Below, piece after piece: positions 1 through 11,530 of a stretch of DNA of 64,000 nt; within the stretch, counting starts at the first letter, position 1, and each line of letters opens with the position of its first letter. The DNA comes from Rhynchopus sp. YZ270_cl-10 (lineage: Eukaryota): the NCBI GenBank assembly GCA_964035575.1, contig OZ037846.1, positions 496,001-560,000 on the forward strand, given 5' to 3'. The notes below the pieces were generated by a model. That model searched no databases. It saw only the letters and a list, made by a program, of their open reading frames with translations, and was not told where the DNA came from. The translations under genes were made by a program, and so were the position numbers.

Positions 1-706
1 TTGCGGTGACTGCACGCAAGCCACTGAGATTCACTGTCGTCAAAGCTGTACACGAAAATAGGAAACCATCCTCAATCCTGGTGAGTGCAGACAACCCGCT
101 CAGGTCCACTGTAGTTAGGCTTGTGCAACCAGCTAGACACCTATTACCAATTGCGGTGACTGACCGTAAGCTGCTGAAGTTGACTGTCGTCAAAGCTGTA
201 CACGAACATAGGAAATAATCCTTAATCCTGGTGAGTGCACACAAGCCACTCAGGTCCACTGCGGTCAAAGACGTACAGTGCCAGAGGAAGCCGCTCCCAA
301 TCACATCCACAACAGACACGTTGCTGAAATCAATGGACGTTACTGTACTGGATAGGAAGAAGTCGTCAGGAATCGCAGTCGCAACTTCTGCTTGCAGCAG
401 CAAGGTGGCCACCTCCGCATCCCTCACCATCTGCAACCTTCTTTCTGTGATGTCTCTCTCACCCAATGCGTGAAGCGCTGCGATGGCTTTGTACTTCTTC
501 GCCTTCGCCTCTGTCAGCACAACTGTGTCTCCAGCACTCAGCTGCGTGATGTCCTCCACTTCCTCCCCTCCAAACTCCATGTGAAAGTCGTCTTCGCACA
601 ACCCCGTTACAGACGCCACCTTCTCCCGCAACTTCTCCGTTGTGTCGTCCTCACCCACCTCAATCGCATACTGCCTATTGCCAAAGGTACGAACCGTCAG
701 TTCCAT
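1..706 (-). CDS. Ubiquitin-like N-terminal domain plus BspA/LRR_5-type leucine-rich repeat protein (3' end runs off the window)
   Basis: Not in the ORF track. My translation from ATG at 706: MELTVRTFGNRQYAIEVGEDDTTEKLREKVASVTGL... (UBL-like), then repeats such as IGSGFLWHCTSLTAVDLSGLCALTRI and IGNRCLAGCTSLTTVDLSGLSALTRI. Open to position 1. Confidence 0.85.
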   Translation of the reverse strand, partial: MELTVRTFGNRQYAIEVGEDDTTEKLREKVASVTGLCEDDFHMEFGGEEVEDITQLSAGDTVVLTEAKAKKYKAIAALHALGERDITERRLQMVRDAEVATLLLQAEVATAIPDDFFLSSTVTSIDFSNVSVVDVIGSGFLWHCTSLTAVDLSGLCALTRIKDYFLCSCTALTTVNFSSLRSVTAIGNRCLAGCTSLTTVDLSGLSALTRIEDGFLFSCTALTTVNLSGLRAVTA

Positions 707-1393
707 TTTATTTTGTGTGTCTCTGGTGGGTGTTGTGTGGGCGGTGAGGGAACAGCACATTGGCAAGCAGAAAAACGGTGTTATCGGTTGCCCCCTTTTT
801 TAGGGGGGGAGCTCCTACATACACATCTTTGGTTTTGTTGTTGCCATACTATATTTTACGCAAATGCGCACAAAAGAAACAAAAGTGAAGTTATTGCCAG
901 CCATCTGGATGAAAGCACAAGACAACAACAAAATGCGCACCCGCTGCCAAAACATGGCGTTGTGGAAGAAAAGAAGAAAATAGTAAAAATAGGGGGGAAA
1001 AAAATCTAGCTTCGAGAGGGAGACAAAAAAAGGGAGATGTGCACAAAATTAGGTTCGCCACCTCATCTTGGGGGAAAACCCCTCTTTTTCATAGCATTTG
1101 ATGGATTGAATTTCAAAGGTTTGTCGGCTGGAAAGACTTTGCAAAAGGCGTCATAAAAAAATCAAAAAAAAAGATAAATTTACAAGACCAATCTAAGCCT
1201 CTCTGTGTTTAGTCACTTTGATCACAAAAACATTATCGCACAGCCTCGGCTGTGTCGCATTATACACACACACATTTTATACACCTTTTGCAAGGACTTT
1301 GTTAAATCCCGTTCTTTGAGCACCACCATATCTTCTTTCTTTTTGATAAATCTTGCCATCGTTCAGTCTTTTTCTCCCCTACTTCCCTCCACC

Positions 1394-1951
1394 TCACTGC
1401 GGACATCCTTCCGGCATCGCCCAGGTACTTTCCGGGAAGGTGGTGCTGACGATCTCGGAGAAGTTGGCCCCTACCCAGGGAAGGGTTTCGAAAGGCCCCC
1501 ACATGCGTTCTGCATTGCATGGGTGGCCTGCGATCCAGGTACTATTGTCTGGGAGGAAACGCCATTGGATTTTACAGTCGGGGCAGGTTCCGTGGATTTC
1601 ATCGATGTGCCAGTTTGGGTTGGATTCGTCCCAACAGAGTTGCATCCAGGCGCGGGGGTCCTTCGTGTGTGTTCTCTGGCAGTCACCGTTTGGGAGGTCC
1701 AACACCCATGTAGAGCCTGAGTCTGCGTCGCTCCAAAACTGTCTTTCCAGCGCCCCCTTCGTGTCGCGGAAGTCAATCCTCGTCTTGGAGACCTGAAGGG
1801 AGTAGAAGAACTCCCCGGTGCCAGAGGCAGTGCCGTCTGCAGAGAAGGTGGTGATGTTCGAGTGCCACTCCATGTCGCAGCAGCAGCCGCCCTGGGCGGA
1901 GACGCACGCTACTGTGCAGCCGAGGAGGAGGAGGGGGAGCAGGCTCTGCAT
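1394..1951 (-). CDS. Secreted ependymin-related (EPDR-like) protein, 185 aa
   Basis: Signal peptide MQSLLPLLLLGCTVACVSA, N-terminal CCxxxW, GEFFYS..KTRID, central Cys residues and C-terminal WAMPEGC resembling the ependymin F.pP..C end. ATG at 1951 is preferred over the longer track start. Confidence 0.6.
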   Translation of the reverse strand: MQSLLPLLLLGCTVACVSAQGGCCCDMEWHSNITTFSADGTASGTGEFFYSLQVSKTRIDFRDTKGALERQFWSDADSGSTWVLDLPNGDCQRTHTKDPRAWMQLCWDESNPNWHIDEIHGTCPDCKIQWRFLPDNSTWIAGHPCNAERMWGPFETLPWVGANFSEIVSTTFPESTWAMPEGCPQ

Positions 1952-2269
1952 TGTAGGGTGTGTTTGTTTGTTTTTTCCTGATTTTTTGATTTTTGTTTGT
2001 GAAGAGGGGTGTAGGGTGTAGAGAGAGAAGTGGATGAAGGGGCGATAAAGGAAAGGGGGAAAACTAGAAAACGAAACAGGGGGAGAGGTTGTCAGTTGCA
2101 CACTTCACTACAGTGTATAGTATTATAGCAACACGTCGAGTTAAAAAAACAAAAACATGGCATGACGTGAGCTGTGTAGGCTGAATCAACAGAGACTTAG
2201 AGTCTCCAAAACAAAGTTTCGTAAACGCTGTGCAACACAAATCAATGATGACTGGTGTGCGAGAGCAAG

Positions 2270-3751
2270 GTCAAGAGGAAGACAACAACAAACAATACTA
2301 ACGCAAAACACACATTGCATTTGCAGACATAACCTTTGTGTTTGCATACGAAAATACACAACACCCCCCACACAGCAAACATTCCTGAATCCAGTGAAAA
2401 TATACAAATCACACCTAGAAGCAAATCAGCTCCCCTCTGCTGCACAACACACTGGACATCCTTTTTGTCAGGAAAAGGATGGCTGTGGCTCACAGACTGG
2501 CACAAAGGCAGGGGAAGCAGATGCAAGGCAGTGAAGAAGGAGCATTAGCTCCTGCGAATAAAAAGTAGAGCTGAAATACAAAAAGCCCTCTCATGACCGG
2601 CTGTACCGGGGGTGGACACCCCAACCATGCAGTCCTACAATACATTTCGTGGTTTACATCGGAACTAAAAATAAACAAACGCAAACTCTCGAAGATTGAA
2701 TGCGTATCACATGCTGAACACATATGCACCAAACACTAATCTAAGCTGAAAAAAGACGTCAAAAGTGACGAATGATTTTCAATAATGAAAGAGAAAGGGA
2801 AGCAAGCAAGGTGGTGTTCACCAGGCAGCGTCATGAACAAAACACTTCATAGATGAAATGGTCTGTGTTATAGACACAGTATTTAAACTAAACGACACTA
2901 CAACAGATGTGGATGCAGCCACGCTGGGCAGTCACAAGGTCAGGGAAGGACAGCCACGAGGCGCAAACACAACACTGTTAGGGTCATGAGAACACAACAA
3001 CACTGGACGACTGAACGACGGGTGCTGATATTTTTTCTTGGAAGAACACAGCACGTTCCTCATGAAACGGCGGGACAAGCACTCAAGGGTAAAGGGAAGG
3101 GGGTATCACATGGCCTCCTTCACGTGGTCTGGTTTTATTTGGGTTGTTGCTTTCCTAACACAATGCTGTGTGGGGTCAATAAGAGTTGAACGTTGGTTAG
3201 TGGTGTAGCTTTTGGTGCAGCAAGGAAAGGGGCGCTGTCGCTGTGGAGACGTGCACAGCAGTTTGGAAAAAAATAAACTTTAAATATGTATGGATAGAGA
3301 AGCAACTTCGACGCATACTCTCGCTCTGAAAGGCAACCGGCAATAGGTTGGCAAAACGTTGTGCAAGAGAGGGGTTGACAATGAGTGTAATAAAAAGGTC
3401 AAGAGAAACAACAACAACAATAGAAAAGCAATGAAGACAACAAAACAAAGTTAACTTGAAATACAACAGCCCTCTCGTGACAGTGTACCTCACTGACAAA
3501 GAGAATGCGAAACACATTGTATTTGCATTTCATAACCTTTTGTGTTTGCGTAAGAATCATACTACAACACACCTCACACAGCAAACAATTCCTGAATCCA
3601 GTGAAAATATATTAAATCAAATTAGAAGCAACCAGTATCGCTGCACGGCACTAGACATCCTTTTTGTCAGGAAAAGGATGGCTGTGACTCACAGACTTAC
3701 ACAAAGGCAGGGGAAGCAGATGCAAGGCAGTGAAGAAGAGCATTAGCTCCT
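2270..3751. repeat. Diverged direct repeat pair (about 2270-2552 and 3399-3751)
   Basis: Shared blocks such as ATTCCTGAATCCAGTGAAAATATA and GACATCCTTTTTGTCAGGAAAAGGATGGCTGTG...GCAGGGGAAGCAGATGCAAGGCAGTGAAGAAG. Confidence 0.8.
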
Positions 3752-3996
3752 AGTACTTCGCAAATACAAGAAAGAAGCAACAAAAAATAAAACAAAAAAA
3801 CAAATATCTGCAAGCTGCATACGCATGCGCCTCGGAGGTAGATAGTAGACCATATTCTAAACAAAAACCCACACAAAGCTGAAGAAGTTTCAACATTAAA
3901 ACAAGCAAGACACATTTTCACGCATCTCTCGCAACTCACGCGACATAAAAAAAACCACCATTTCTATCCATTTTAAGTCTTCGCTTTCTCTTGTTT

Positions 3997-6900
3997 TCAC
4001 TGCTCCTGCAGCTCAATGATCAAGCTCTTGTTGGAGGCAAGCAGTCTCTGCATCTCACAGTCGTCCTTCACCTTGAAAGTGTGCTCGCGGATGTTGGCCT
4101 GCCCGAGACAGATGACATCGCCTCTGTACCAGGACGTCACCTTGAAGGAGGTGCAGGGCGGGAACATCACCTCTGCGTTGTACGCATGTTGCGAGCAGTG
4201 TCCGATGTGCCTCCCAGACTTGCTCTTCAGGAGGAACACCGTCCCAGACTTACTCTTGGATGCAAAGTCTGTGCCCCCTGTCGCAACCCGCCACAAGGCA
4301 GACCCAAAGACGTACCCCGATGTGGTGACCTCGCTGCCCACAGTGAAGAGCCTTCTGTCCACACTGCGCGCACCCACGAAGACCTCGCCTGTGTGTGCAG
4401 GAAGCTTCTGCAGGGCGCGGTTCAGATGCGCCACGTACGTCGCCACCTTCGCCTGGTCAGCCCAGAGCAGACAGTTCACCGCATGCGCCAGCTCCGCGCT
4501 CGAGGTGTGCAGCGACAGCAGCAGGGCCTCCTGTGGGGTCAGCCCCATGTTGTTCCCAGACGCCACCAGGTCCACGACATGCGCCTTCGCACGCCACACT
4601 GCAGCGCTCTGCGGGAGACACCCCATGCTCTCCACAACCTTCACCAGAGCAGCCTGCCCGCCTGCACAATCAGTGAAGGCAGCTGTGTAGGCCTCCTGCA
4701 TGGCTGCAGTTGCGAGGGGGAGGTTTGCAGACTGTTCCATGCGCGTCTGGATCCCGGAGGCAGTCGTGCCAGTGCCGTCGTTGTCTTGAGCTTGCGGCTG
4801 CAGGAAGAGAACCTGGGCATCTGCAGAAGAGAGCGAGGCAGCGTGCTGCAGACGTGCCAGCTGTGCTGTTGCGTGCAAGGCCCCGGCACAGCCTGGCCCC
4901 CATGGGAGTGCCGCACAGACCCGACTGTGGCACCACTTTGCCAGGGTGAAGCTGTTCACATCGAGCGCATTCCGCTGTGCAGGGTCGGCACCCAAATCCA
5001 ACAGCACCCTTGCAACGTCAACCTGGCCGTGCAGGATCGCACGCAGCAACGGTGTTGCGTTGTCGGTGCCATGCAGGTCGACACACGTCTTTGCCGCAAG
5101 ACAGCCCCTCGCACCGGCATGTTCGCGCAGTACAGAGCAGGCTGCAGACACCTCGGAGGCAGGGAAGAGACCCCCTGCAAGCCCCATGAGGCAGTCCAGG
5201 GCAGGGTCCACAAGAACGCTGCGCACCGCGTCGTCTGTGCAGTACGCCGCAGGGGTGCTCATCGCATCGTCCTTCGCATCCACGTCTGCCCCGTGCTCGC
5301 GGAGGAGGCGGGCCAGAGCAGGCTCACCCTGGAGGACCGCAATGTGCAGGGGTGTTCTGCCGCTGATGTCTCTCGCGTCCGCGTCTGCACCGAGGGTGAG
5401 GAGTGTGCGTGCTGCAGCGAGCCTGCCGTAGTACGCTGCGACGTGGAGCGGGGTGGCCGAGGGCAGGATTGCGTTGCACGCGTCTGTCGTGGTGTCGAGA
5501 GGGATGCCCTCGGCGTGCAGGGTCTCGATGCAGTGCGGCTGGTCCGCCTCTGCGCACGCAAGCATCGCGTCAAAGCCGTCCACATCCGCCTTGAAGGCCA
5601 CGAAGGACGGCGCCACACGCTGCAGCAGCAGCTTCAGCACCTCGTGCCGCCCGTTCCTGCAGCACAGCAGAATCAGGGTGTCCCCGTTTCTGTTCACCAC
5701 ACCCTCGACCTCAGCCCCGCAGGCCAAAAGCTGCTCCGCAATCTTCACCGGGCCACGCTGGCAGGAGCCGTACAGCGGCGGGTTCCCCTTCAGGTTTGCC
5801 GCATTCACATCCGCCCCAGCGTCAATCAAGGCAGCAATGATGCATGGGTAGCACTTCGCGCAGGCCACCCAGAGTGCAGTGTTCCCCAGCGCGTTGCGGG
5901 CGTCCACCGCACACCCCTGCGCAAGGAAGTACGCGACGTGGGGGAGACTCCCTTTTTCTGCTGACTTGATGAGGGGTGTGTCGCCGTCTGCGTTCGTTGC
6001 GTGCAGGAGCGCAGGGCGGTGTGCCACGAGAAGCCTTGTGAGGGCGAGGTATTCTTCCGTCAGCGGGTCGTCCGCCTTCTTCGGGATGCAGTGTGTCAGC
6101 AGCATGTCGGGTGTCGCCACCTCTGCGTCGTTGCACTCGGCAAGCAGCTGTGCCACAAGGGCTGGCATGCGCTTCGCCAGCGCCACCTCCAAACACCGCG
6201 GCACGTCCACATCGCGTCCACTCTCCAACGCAGCCTCGTATTGGAAGCTGATGTACTCACACGTCATCGACATCGCAAAGGCGAGAGGCCCGGCCGCTTC
6301 CGACGCCTTTGCAGCAGCAGCAATGTGCGCTGCTGTCACTGTGAACCTGTTGTCGACAGCATATGCCTGCAGACCCTCCACACGGTGTGCCGGGAACGTC
6401 GCACCGTGCTCCAGAAGAAGCTTCATCACCTTCCAAAACCCACGCGCCTTGATGCTCAGTGTCAGCGGCGTCTCCCCGTCGTTGTTCTCGCAGTCCACGT
6501 CGACCTCCCCGCTGCGGATCCTGCCCGCAAGACTCTGCAGCACTTCTTCCATCGCGTTGTACTGGCCAGCATATGCCATCAGGTGGAGTGCGTTGTTCCC
6601 GTCGTCGTCGCAGTACATCACATCCGCCACACTGCTGCGTGCAAGGTATTGTTCAAAGGCGGTCGAAAGCACTGTGCTGTTGAGCTGCATCAGGTTCTCC
6701 TGCAGGTTGTTGCGGCCACGCGCATCTGCACTGAACGTGTAGGACACACGGTACTCTCTTGTGAAGGAGGGGGCAGCTGTCAGCTGTCGGTCGGGTGTCG
6801 GGGGTGAGGACGTGTCCACGTGGCGCACCGGGAGAGGCCTTGCTGTCTGCTGTGGTGCGATGCTGCAGCCCGCAAAGCGGCTCCCAAAGCGCGAGTCGCT

Positions 6901-8442
6901 CAGCTTCCCGAGGTTCACCTTCAACGGCACACCGTCCTTCAGCGACTGCAGCTCCCCTGCCAGGTACGCAAGACGCTCCTGCAGGGGGGCGTCCCCGACA
7001 GCACGGATCGCCTCAATGCGCTGCTCAAGCAGGCACATGTGGAGGTGCTGTGCAGAGTGCTTCCCCACCTTTGTCTTCGTTGTGGTCGTGGCAGTGCACA
7101 GCGCCATCAGCTCTGCAGAGATCTGGTCGACCAGCACATTCAACCATTTGTTCAGCAGTGCTGTCTTCACTCCCGCAGTCTGCGACGGTGGTGTCTTCAG
7201 CTCAACCATGCAGTCCTCATCAAACAACGAGTTCACCACAACCTGCACAGCGCTGCTGTTGCTGCTGGCGACAGTGCCGTCGGAGACTACCCACTGTCTC
7301 AGCTCCCCGTTGCTCTTCCTGTCGACAGGGAACTGAAGGTCGAGGGTGTTGGTCTCTGTTCCTGTTCCTGTTCCGTCCGTCGTCGTGGTCGGGAAGGCCG
7401 TCAGCCCCTCAGGGAGACGCAGGGAGATCTGCACGCAGGAGGACTGCGCCGCAATTTCAAAGAGAGAGTTGAGCTTGTGGCTCAGTGTGTCGCCGTCGTC
7501 GCTCGGCTCAGCGTATCTGAAGGTGCCGTGTGTTGTGCCCAGCTTCCGCAAGTCCTCAAGGAAGGCTTTGTCGCAGCCAGACCCAAACCCGACGCTGTGC
7601 ACACTGATCGGCGCGTGCACGTCGCTGCGTGCTGTCCAGCTCTCAGAGAGGATCCGCTCAAAGGCCGCCGTCTCCTTTGAGTACGTCTGCCCGTCCGTGA
7701 GAAACGCAATCGTCACATTGCTCACATCGAACTCATCCAGCACAGCGTCCGCCGTCCCCGAGGCCTTGTGCTGCTCAAGAACCGTCGCAATCTTCTCGTA
7801 CGCACCCAAGAAGTTCGTCCCACCCCCCGCAGACATCCCTTCAATCATCCGCCGCGTTTCCGCATCTGTCTTCCCAGCCGTCTCGAGAATCGTCGCATAG
7901 CTGTCGTACGTAATCATCACTGTTTTCACCAACGGGTTGGAAGAGGTTACCCCGGTCATGTGCACCAGGGCCGACTGCACCTGCCGCCACGGCGAACCTG
8001 CCATCGAACCACTCTTGTCGACCACAGCAATGAAGAGCGAGGGCTTTGGTGTGAACTTCCCTTTCCGGAGACGCAGGGAGAGCTCGCAGATGTCTGTTGC
8101 GGTGTTGTCCTTGCCGACGACGGGGGAGAGGGAGGCTGACCACTCGTGTGTCGGCGGTGGTGGTGGTTGTTCTTGTTGCTGCTGTGGTGTGTTTGCCTCC
8201 ACCCCTGCCCCCGCCTGTACAGCAGCAGCCTCCGTGAGCGCAGACAACACAACATTGCCTGCCGCACCCTCAGCATCAAACTCACTCAAGTCCCCGTTGC
8301 AAAGCGGGCACCGTGCCACACTCTCAAACACAGTAAGCAGCGCAGCCCGTCCAAACGCCTTCCCACAGCACGGCACCGAAATGGGGTCCTCCAAAAGCGA
8401 CAGCGTGATGGGGCACGTCAACTCTCCAAGGATGCCGTCCAT
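3997..8442 (-). CDS. U-box/RING-like + VWA + ankyrin repeats + C-terminal ADP-ribosyltransferase-like domain, 1481 aa
   Basis: CPITLSLLEDPISVPCCGKAF..CPLC (U-box/RING). DKSGSM..GGTNF..FLTDG (VWA MIDAS). Many GxTPLH/GNTAL ankyrin repeats. C-terminus ALQKLPAHTGEVFVG..GTVFLLKSKSGRHI..S..NAEVMFPP.T.F.V fits the arginine-type ART fold. Confidence 0.88.
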   Translation of the reverse strand: MDGILGELTCPITLSLLEDPISVPCCGKAFGRAALLTVFESVARCPLCNGDLSEFDAEGAAGNVVLSALTEAAAVQAGAGVEANTPQQQQEQPPPPPTHEWSASLSPVVGKDNTATDICELSLRLRKGKFTPKPSLFIAVVDKSGSMAGSPWRQVQSALVHMTGVTSSNPLVKTVMITYDSYATILETAGKTDAETRRMIEGMSAGGGTNFLGAYEKIATVLEQHKASGTADAVLDEFDVSNVTIAFLTDGQTYSKETAAFERILSESWTARSDVHAPISVHSVGFGSGCDKAFLEDLRKLGTTHGTFRYAEPSDDGDTLSHKLNSLFEIAAQSSCVQISLRLPEGLTAFPTTTTDGTGTGTETNTLDLQFPVDRKSNGELRQWVVSDGTVASSNSSAVQVVVNSLFDEDCMVELKTPPSQTAGVKTALLNKWLNVLVDQISAELMALCTATTTTKTKVGKHSAQHLHMCLLEQRIEAIRAVGDAPLQERLAYLAGELQSLKDGVPLKVNLGKLSDSRFGSRFAGCSIAPQQTARPLPVRHVDTSSPPTPDRQLTAAPSFTREYRVSYTFSADARGRNNLQENLMQLNSTVLSTAFEQYLARSSVADVMYCDDDGNNALHLMAYAGQYNAMEEVLQSLAGRIRSGEVDVDCENNDGETPLTLSIKARGFWKVMKLLLEHGATFPAHRVEGLQAYAVDNRFTVTAAHIAAAAKASEAAGPLAFAMSMTCEYISFQYEAALESGRDVDVPRCLEVALAKRMPALVAQLLAECNDAEVATPDMLLTHCIPKKADDPLTEEYLALTRLLVAHRPALLHATNADGDTPLIKSAEKGSLPHVAYFLAQGCAVDARNALGNTALWVACAKCYPCIIAALIDAGADVNAANLKGNPPLYGSCQRGPVKIAEQLLACGAEVEGVVNRNGDTLILLCCRNGRHEVLKLLLQRVAPSFVAFKADVDGFDAMLACAEADQPHCIETLHAEGIPLDTTTDACNAILPSATPLHVAAYYGRLAAARTLLTLGADADARDISGRTPLHIAVLQGEPALARLLREHGADVDAKDDAMSTPAAYCTDDAVRSVLVDPALDCLMGLAGGLFPASEVSAACSVLREHAGARGCLAAKTCVDLHGTDNATPLLRAILHGQVDVARVLLDLGADPAQRNALDVNSFTLAKWCHSRVCAALPWGPGCAGALHATAQLARLQHAASLSSADAQVLFLQPQAQDNDGTGTTASGIQTRMEQSANLPLATAAMQEAYTAAFTDCAGGQAALVKVVESMGCLPQSAAVWRAKAHVVDLVASGNNMGLTPQEALLLSLHTSSAELAHAVNCLLWADQAKVATYVAHLNRALQKLPAHTGEVFVGARSVDRRLFTVGSEVTTSGYVFGSALWRVATGGTDFASKSKSGTVFLLKSKSGRHIGHCSQHAYNAEVMFPPCTSFKVTSWYRGDVICLGQANIREHTFKVKDDCEMQRLLASNKSLIIELQEQ

Positions 8443-8934
8443 TTCTTTGGTTTTTGTGTTTAGTATTTATCTGTGTCGGGGTGAGTGGGGGTGAGAATTG
8501 ATCTCAAAAGGGTTGGGTTGTGTCGTGCAGTTGGGAAAACCCCCTCTCCTGGAACTCCTTCGCACAGATGCTATCTTTGCCAAAAAGACCATCTTATGCA
8601 AACCCCCTAGATCATTACATATCCCATATCCTGGCAAACCATAGAACAGCTGCTTACCAACAAGCATATTGCATAAAGTACAACTGCAACAAGAAGGGTC
8701 ATCTTGCAAAGCCGGAAAGACACAAAAAAAAAAAAAATAAGAAAATCGAAAAAGGAAAAACTGTTTATTTCTTCGGATCACTCTCAAAAAACGCCTGTTT
8801 AGGTTTTTTTTGAGAGATTTACTTCTTTTTTGCAAAGTATTATTGGAAACTGAAACATGGTTAACACTCCTCAAAAAGCTGCGCAAAAGTACCGCTTTCC
8901 AAGGTGGTCTCATCATATCTCTCGCTATTCACCT

Positions 8935-9573
8935 TTATGTATCGTACATGGAGCCCCCCCGCAGGGACCCAGCAGTTGTCATAAAACTTGACGCTGAGCA
9001 TGCTTCATGGTTTCTCCGACGCCGTTCTTGCTCTGCTTTGCGTTCGTCCCGTTTAATCCCTGCAGCGTGCTTTTTGAGTTCCGCAGCAAGCCACCGGAGC
9101 GGGTCGGTACCATGAACCTTCAGTGGCGTCGGCGGGAGGTACGCTTCGGGATACCACTTCTCCTCTCTTTCATGAGAGAGCTCTGCGTCTAGCGCGTCTT
9201 GGTGGTTGGAAAATGAGGTATAATCAGGCGCCTTTAGTGCCGCATGACGGTCAATGTGGAAATGATGCTGATTTTCTAATACCGCGTGAGTTAAAAGACT
9301 TTCCAATGCAGGCACAATACGTGGCAGCAACTGATCACGGCAGTATTCAGCGTGCTCGCTTTCTGCGCCATACAATGGGAGAAGGTAGAGGTAGGGGCTG
9401 TGTAGATCGCTTGAAGGGTAGGATGTGCCTTTGTGCTCCACGCTTTTCACCGTTTTCACTCCTTTGCTTGCCCGACGCTTCATGCTTGAGGCGCGAGACC
9501 CAGACTTGCTTTTAGCGGTCAGCGGTTCCTCATTGTGCTCATCCACGATAGTCGGAGTCAGTATTGTTGCCAT
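8935..9573 (-). CDS. Hypothetical protein, 212 aa, possibly with a split Dpy-30/RIIa-like docking motif
   Basis: ATG-initiated ORF on the cluster strand. QLLPRIVPALESLL ... DPLRWLAAELKKH resembles dimerization/docking helices. Confidence 0.55.
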   Translation of the reverse strand: MATILTPTIVDEHNEEPLTAKSKSGSRASSMKRRASKGVKTVKSVEHKGTSYPSSDLHSPYLYLLPLYGAESEHAEYCRDQLLPRIVPALESLLTHAVLENQHHFHIDRHAALKAPDYTSFSNHQDALDAELSHEREEKWYPEAYLPPTPLKVHGTDPLRWLAAELKKHAAGIKRDERKAEQERRRRNHEACSASSFMTTAGSLRGGSMYDT

Positions 9574-10151
9574 TAGGAAAGAGAGAAGAGCGGGGAAAGG
9601 GGGAAAAGATGGAGAGGGAGGAGGAAGGAGAAAAAAAAAAAGGAATAAAAGATGATCCTAAGCTTGCGCTTAAGTCACCCTTTTTTTTTTTCACAAATTG
9701 GGTGTCAAAAAATGTAATAGAATCAAATGAAAAATGAAATAAAATGAAAAAACCTCAGTTGTCAGATATATTTGTTAAAACGTTAGAGCAAAGAGGGGGG
9801 GGATAGTTATTAAGAGAAAAGGGTCTGAAGAAAGAGGAGGAAGGAATAGAACGGGAGGGGATGTGTATTTTTTTGTTTCCCGAGGGGGGATCGTGTAAGT
9901 AAAATATCTGTGTTGTTGGAGGGGCTTGGATGGGTATTTTGTGACCTTTTTTTTTTGCATTATTGTGTCCTGGGAGGTAATTCATGTAGGGGTGTAATGG
10001 GGTGAAAGGGTGTGAAATCATGTGAAAGTGGGTGTTAGTGTGGTACCCCCAGGACGCTCCAATTATTCCACCTGATTTTTTTTCGACCCGAGTTGGCGGT
10101 GTTTTGGCGTCTGTTTTGGTGGTGTTTTTCGGAAGCTGCTACCACCACCTT

Positions 10152-10250
10152 CCCCGCGTATAGGCGCGTAAAGGCGTGTACGGACGGTCCGTATATGCCT
10201 GTACGGACCTATACGCGCCTATACACGCCTTTACGCGCCTATACGCGGGG
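10152..10250. repeat. 99-bp hairpin with perfect 29-bp inverted arms
   Basis: CCCCGCGTATAGGCGCGTAAAGGCGTGTA (10152-10180) is the exact reverse complement of 10222-10250. Built from 10-bp subunits. Confidence 0.85.
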
Positions 10251-10521
10251 TAAAAATCAGGTGGTCACTTGCTGCTAGCAGATATGCAACAAAACGCATC
10301 AATGTGAAAACAGGGGAGATAGTGGCGGAGAGTGGTTGATGCAAAGCGTAGTGACCTCCCTGCATTCTTTTTTTTTTCCGTCTACAATCGCCTGAGTACC
10401 CTTGATGGATACATACTTTATTTTTCTTTGACAAATTCTTAGAGTAGCGTAGTCACCTCGGTTGCGTTGCCACAGTTGGTGCAATATCCACTGTCATCTT
10501 TTTTTTTTGAAATCTTGCTTT

Positions 10522-11120
10522 CAGGGTATTAGGGTGAAAATCCAAAATTCCGGAAAAAACTGGTTTTTCTGGTTTTCTCTCCTGGGTGGCGAAAACTAGT
10601 GTTTCCGGCGAAAACCTCCACCATTGACGGACACAGTCACCTTTTTCGGGGGTGGGGTCAGTGTCTTATCCAGGAAGCCAGATTTCAAGTTGGGGAGGTC
10701 AGCTTGTTTTTTGCTCAAAATATTTTTCGGCGCTGCTGACCCAGGGTAGACATTGGGAACATAGGGACTGTATAAAATGGCGCCGCAGGCGAAAATTTTT
10801 GAGGGTACGGTGTAAAAATCTAGCTTTTTACACCACAGAGCCACTCAACGAACCCTTTTTTGCGGAGCAAAAAATGAAAAATGGCGCCGCAGGCAAAAAA
10901 AATTCAAGGAATATCCATTTCTCAAAGGCACTCCCGTGGTTCAACCACGGTTCTACCAGGCGGGGGAAAAATGCGGGGAAAAAAATCGAGTCCGCCCTAA
11001 TCTGGGGACGACATTTACAGAAAGGCCTGGTGAAAAGTGTCGGTTTTTTTTTCCCCTCCAGATTTCTCTGTTTTTTTTTTTTTTTTGAAAACCAGTTTTT
11101 TTAACCACCCTAATACCCTG
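10522..11120. mobile_element. Non-autonomous hAT-like MITE
   Basis: 15-bp TIR CAGGGTATTAGGGTG/CACCCTAATACCCTG. 8-bp TSD CTTGCTTT at 10514-10521 and 11121-11128. Confidence 0.9.
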
Positions 11121-11530
11121 CTTGCTTTTGCACCAGTGAAGGGACACCTCCCTGAGAATGGTGCTATGCTTGCTTTCTTTTGTTTTTTTTGTTTGTTTTT
11201 GATAATCTGTTCAGTGCAGCCGCCATTCAGACAGTCTTCACCACATTTTTTTTTTTTTTTTGTTGTTTGTATCTGGCAATCACCCCGTCCGAAAACGGGT
11301 TCTGTACACAAAAGCCGGTCTGAAAGGCTAATAAATTTTCGAAGTAAGGAAAGATGTTACATTTCAAAAAAGAGAGAGAGAGAAAAAGGAGAAAATGTGA
11401 GAATATGAATGTGCATCTGCACACACACATACACATCTAAAAAAAAGGGGAGGAGGGGAAATTATTCAACAAAGGATTTTGGGAGAGTACAACAGGCTAC
11501 ACGTACAATATACATTCAGAAATTAATTTT

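Noticed and set aside
3991..8494. Long plus-strand ORFs (657, 287, 286 aa and others)
   Set aside because: Antisense shadows of the GC-rich 1481-aa gene, with no recognisable motifs.
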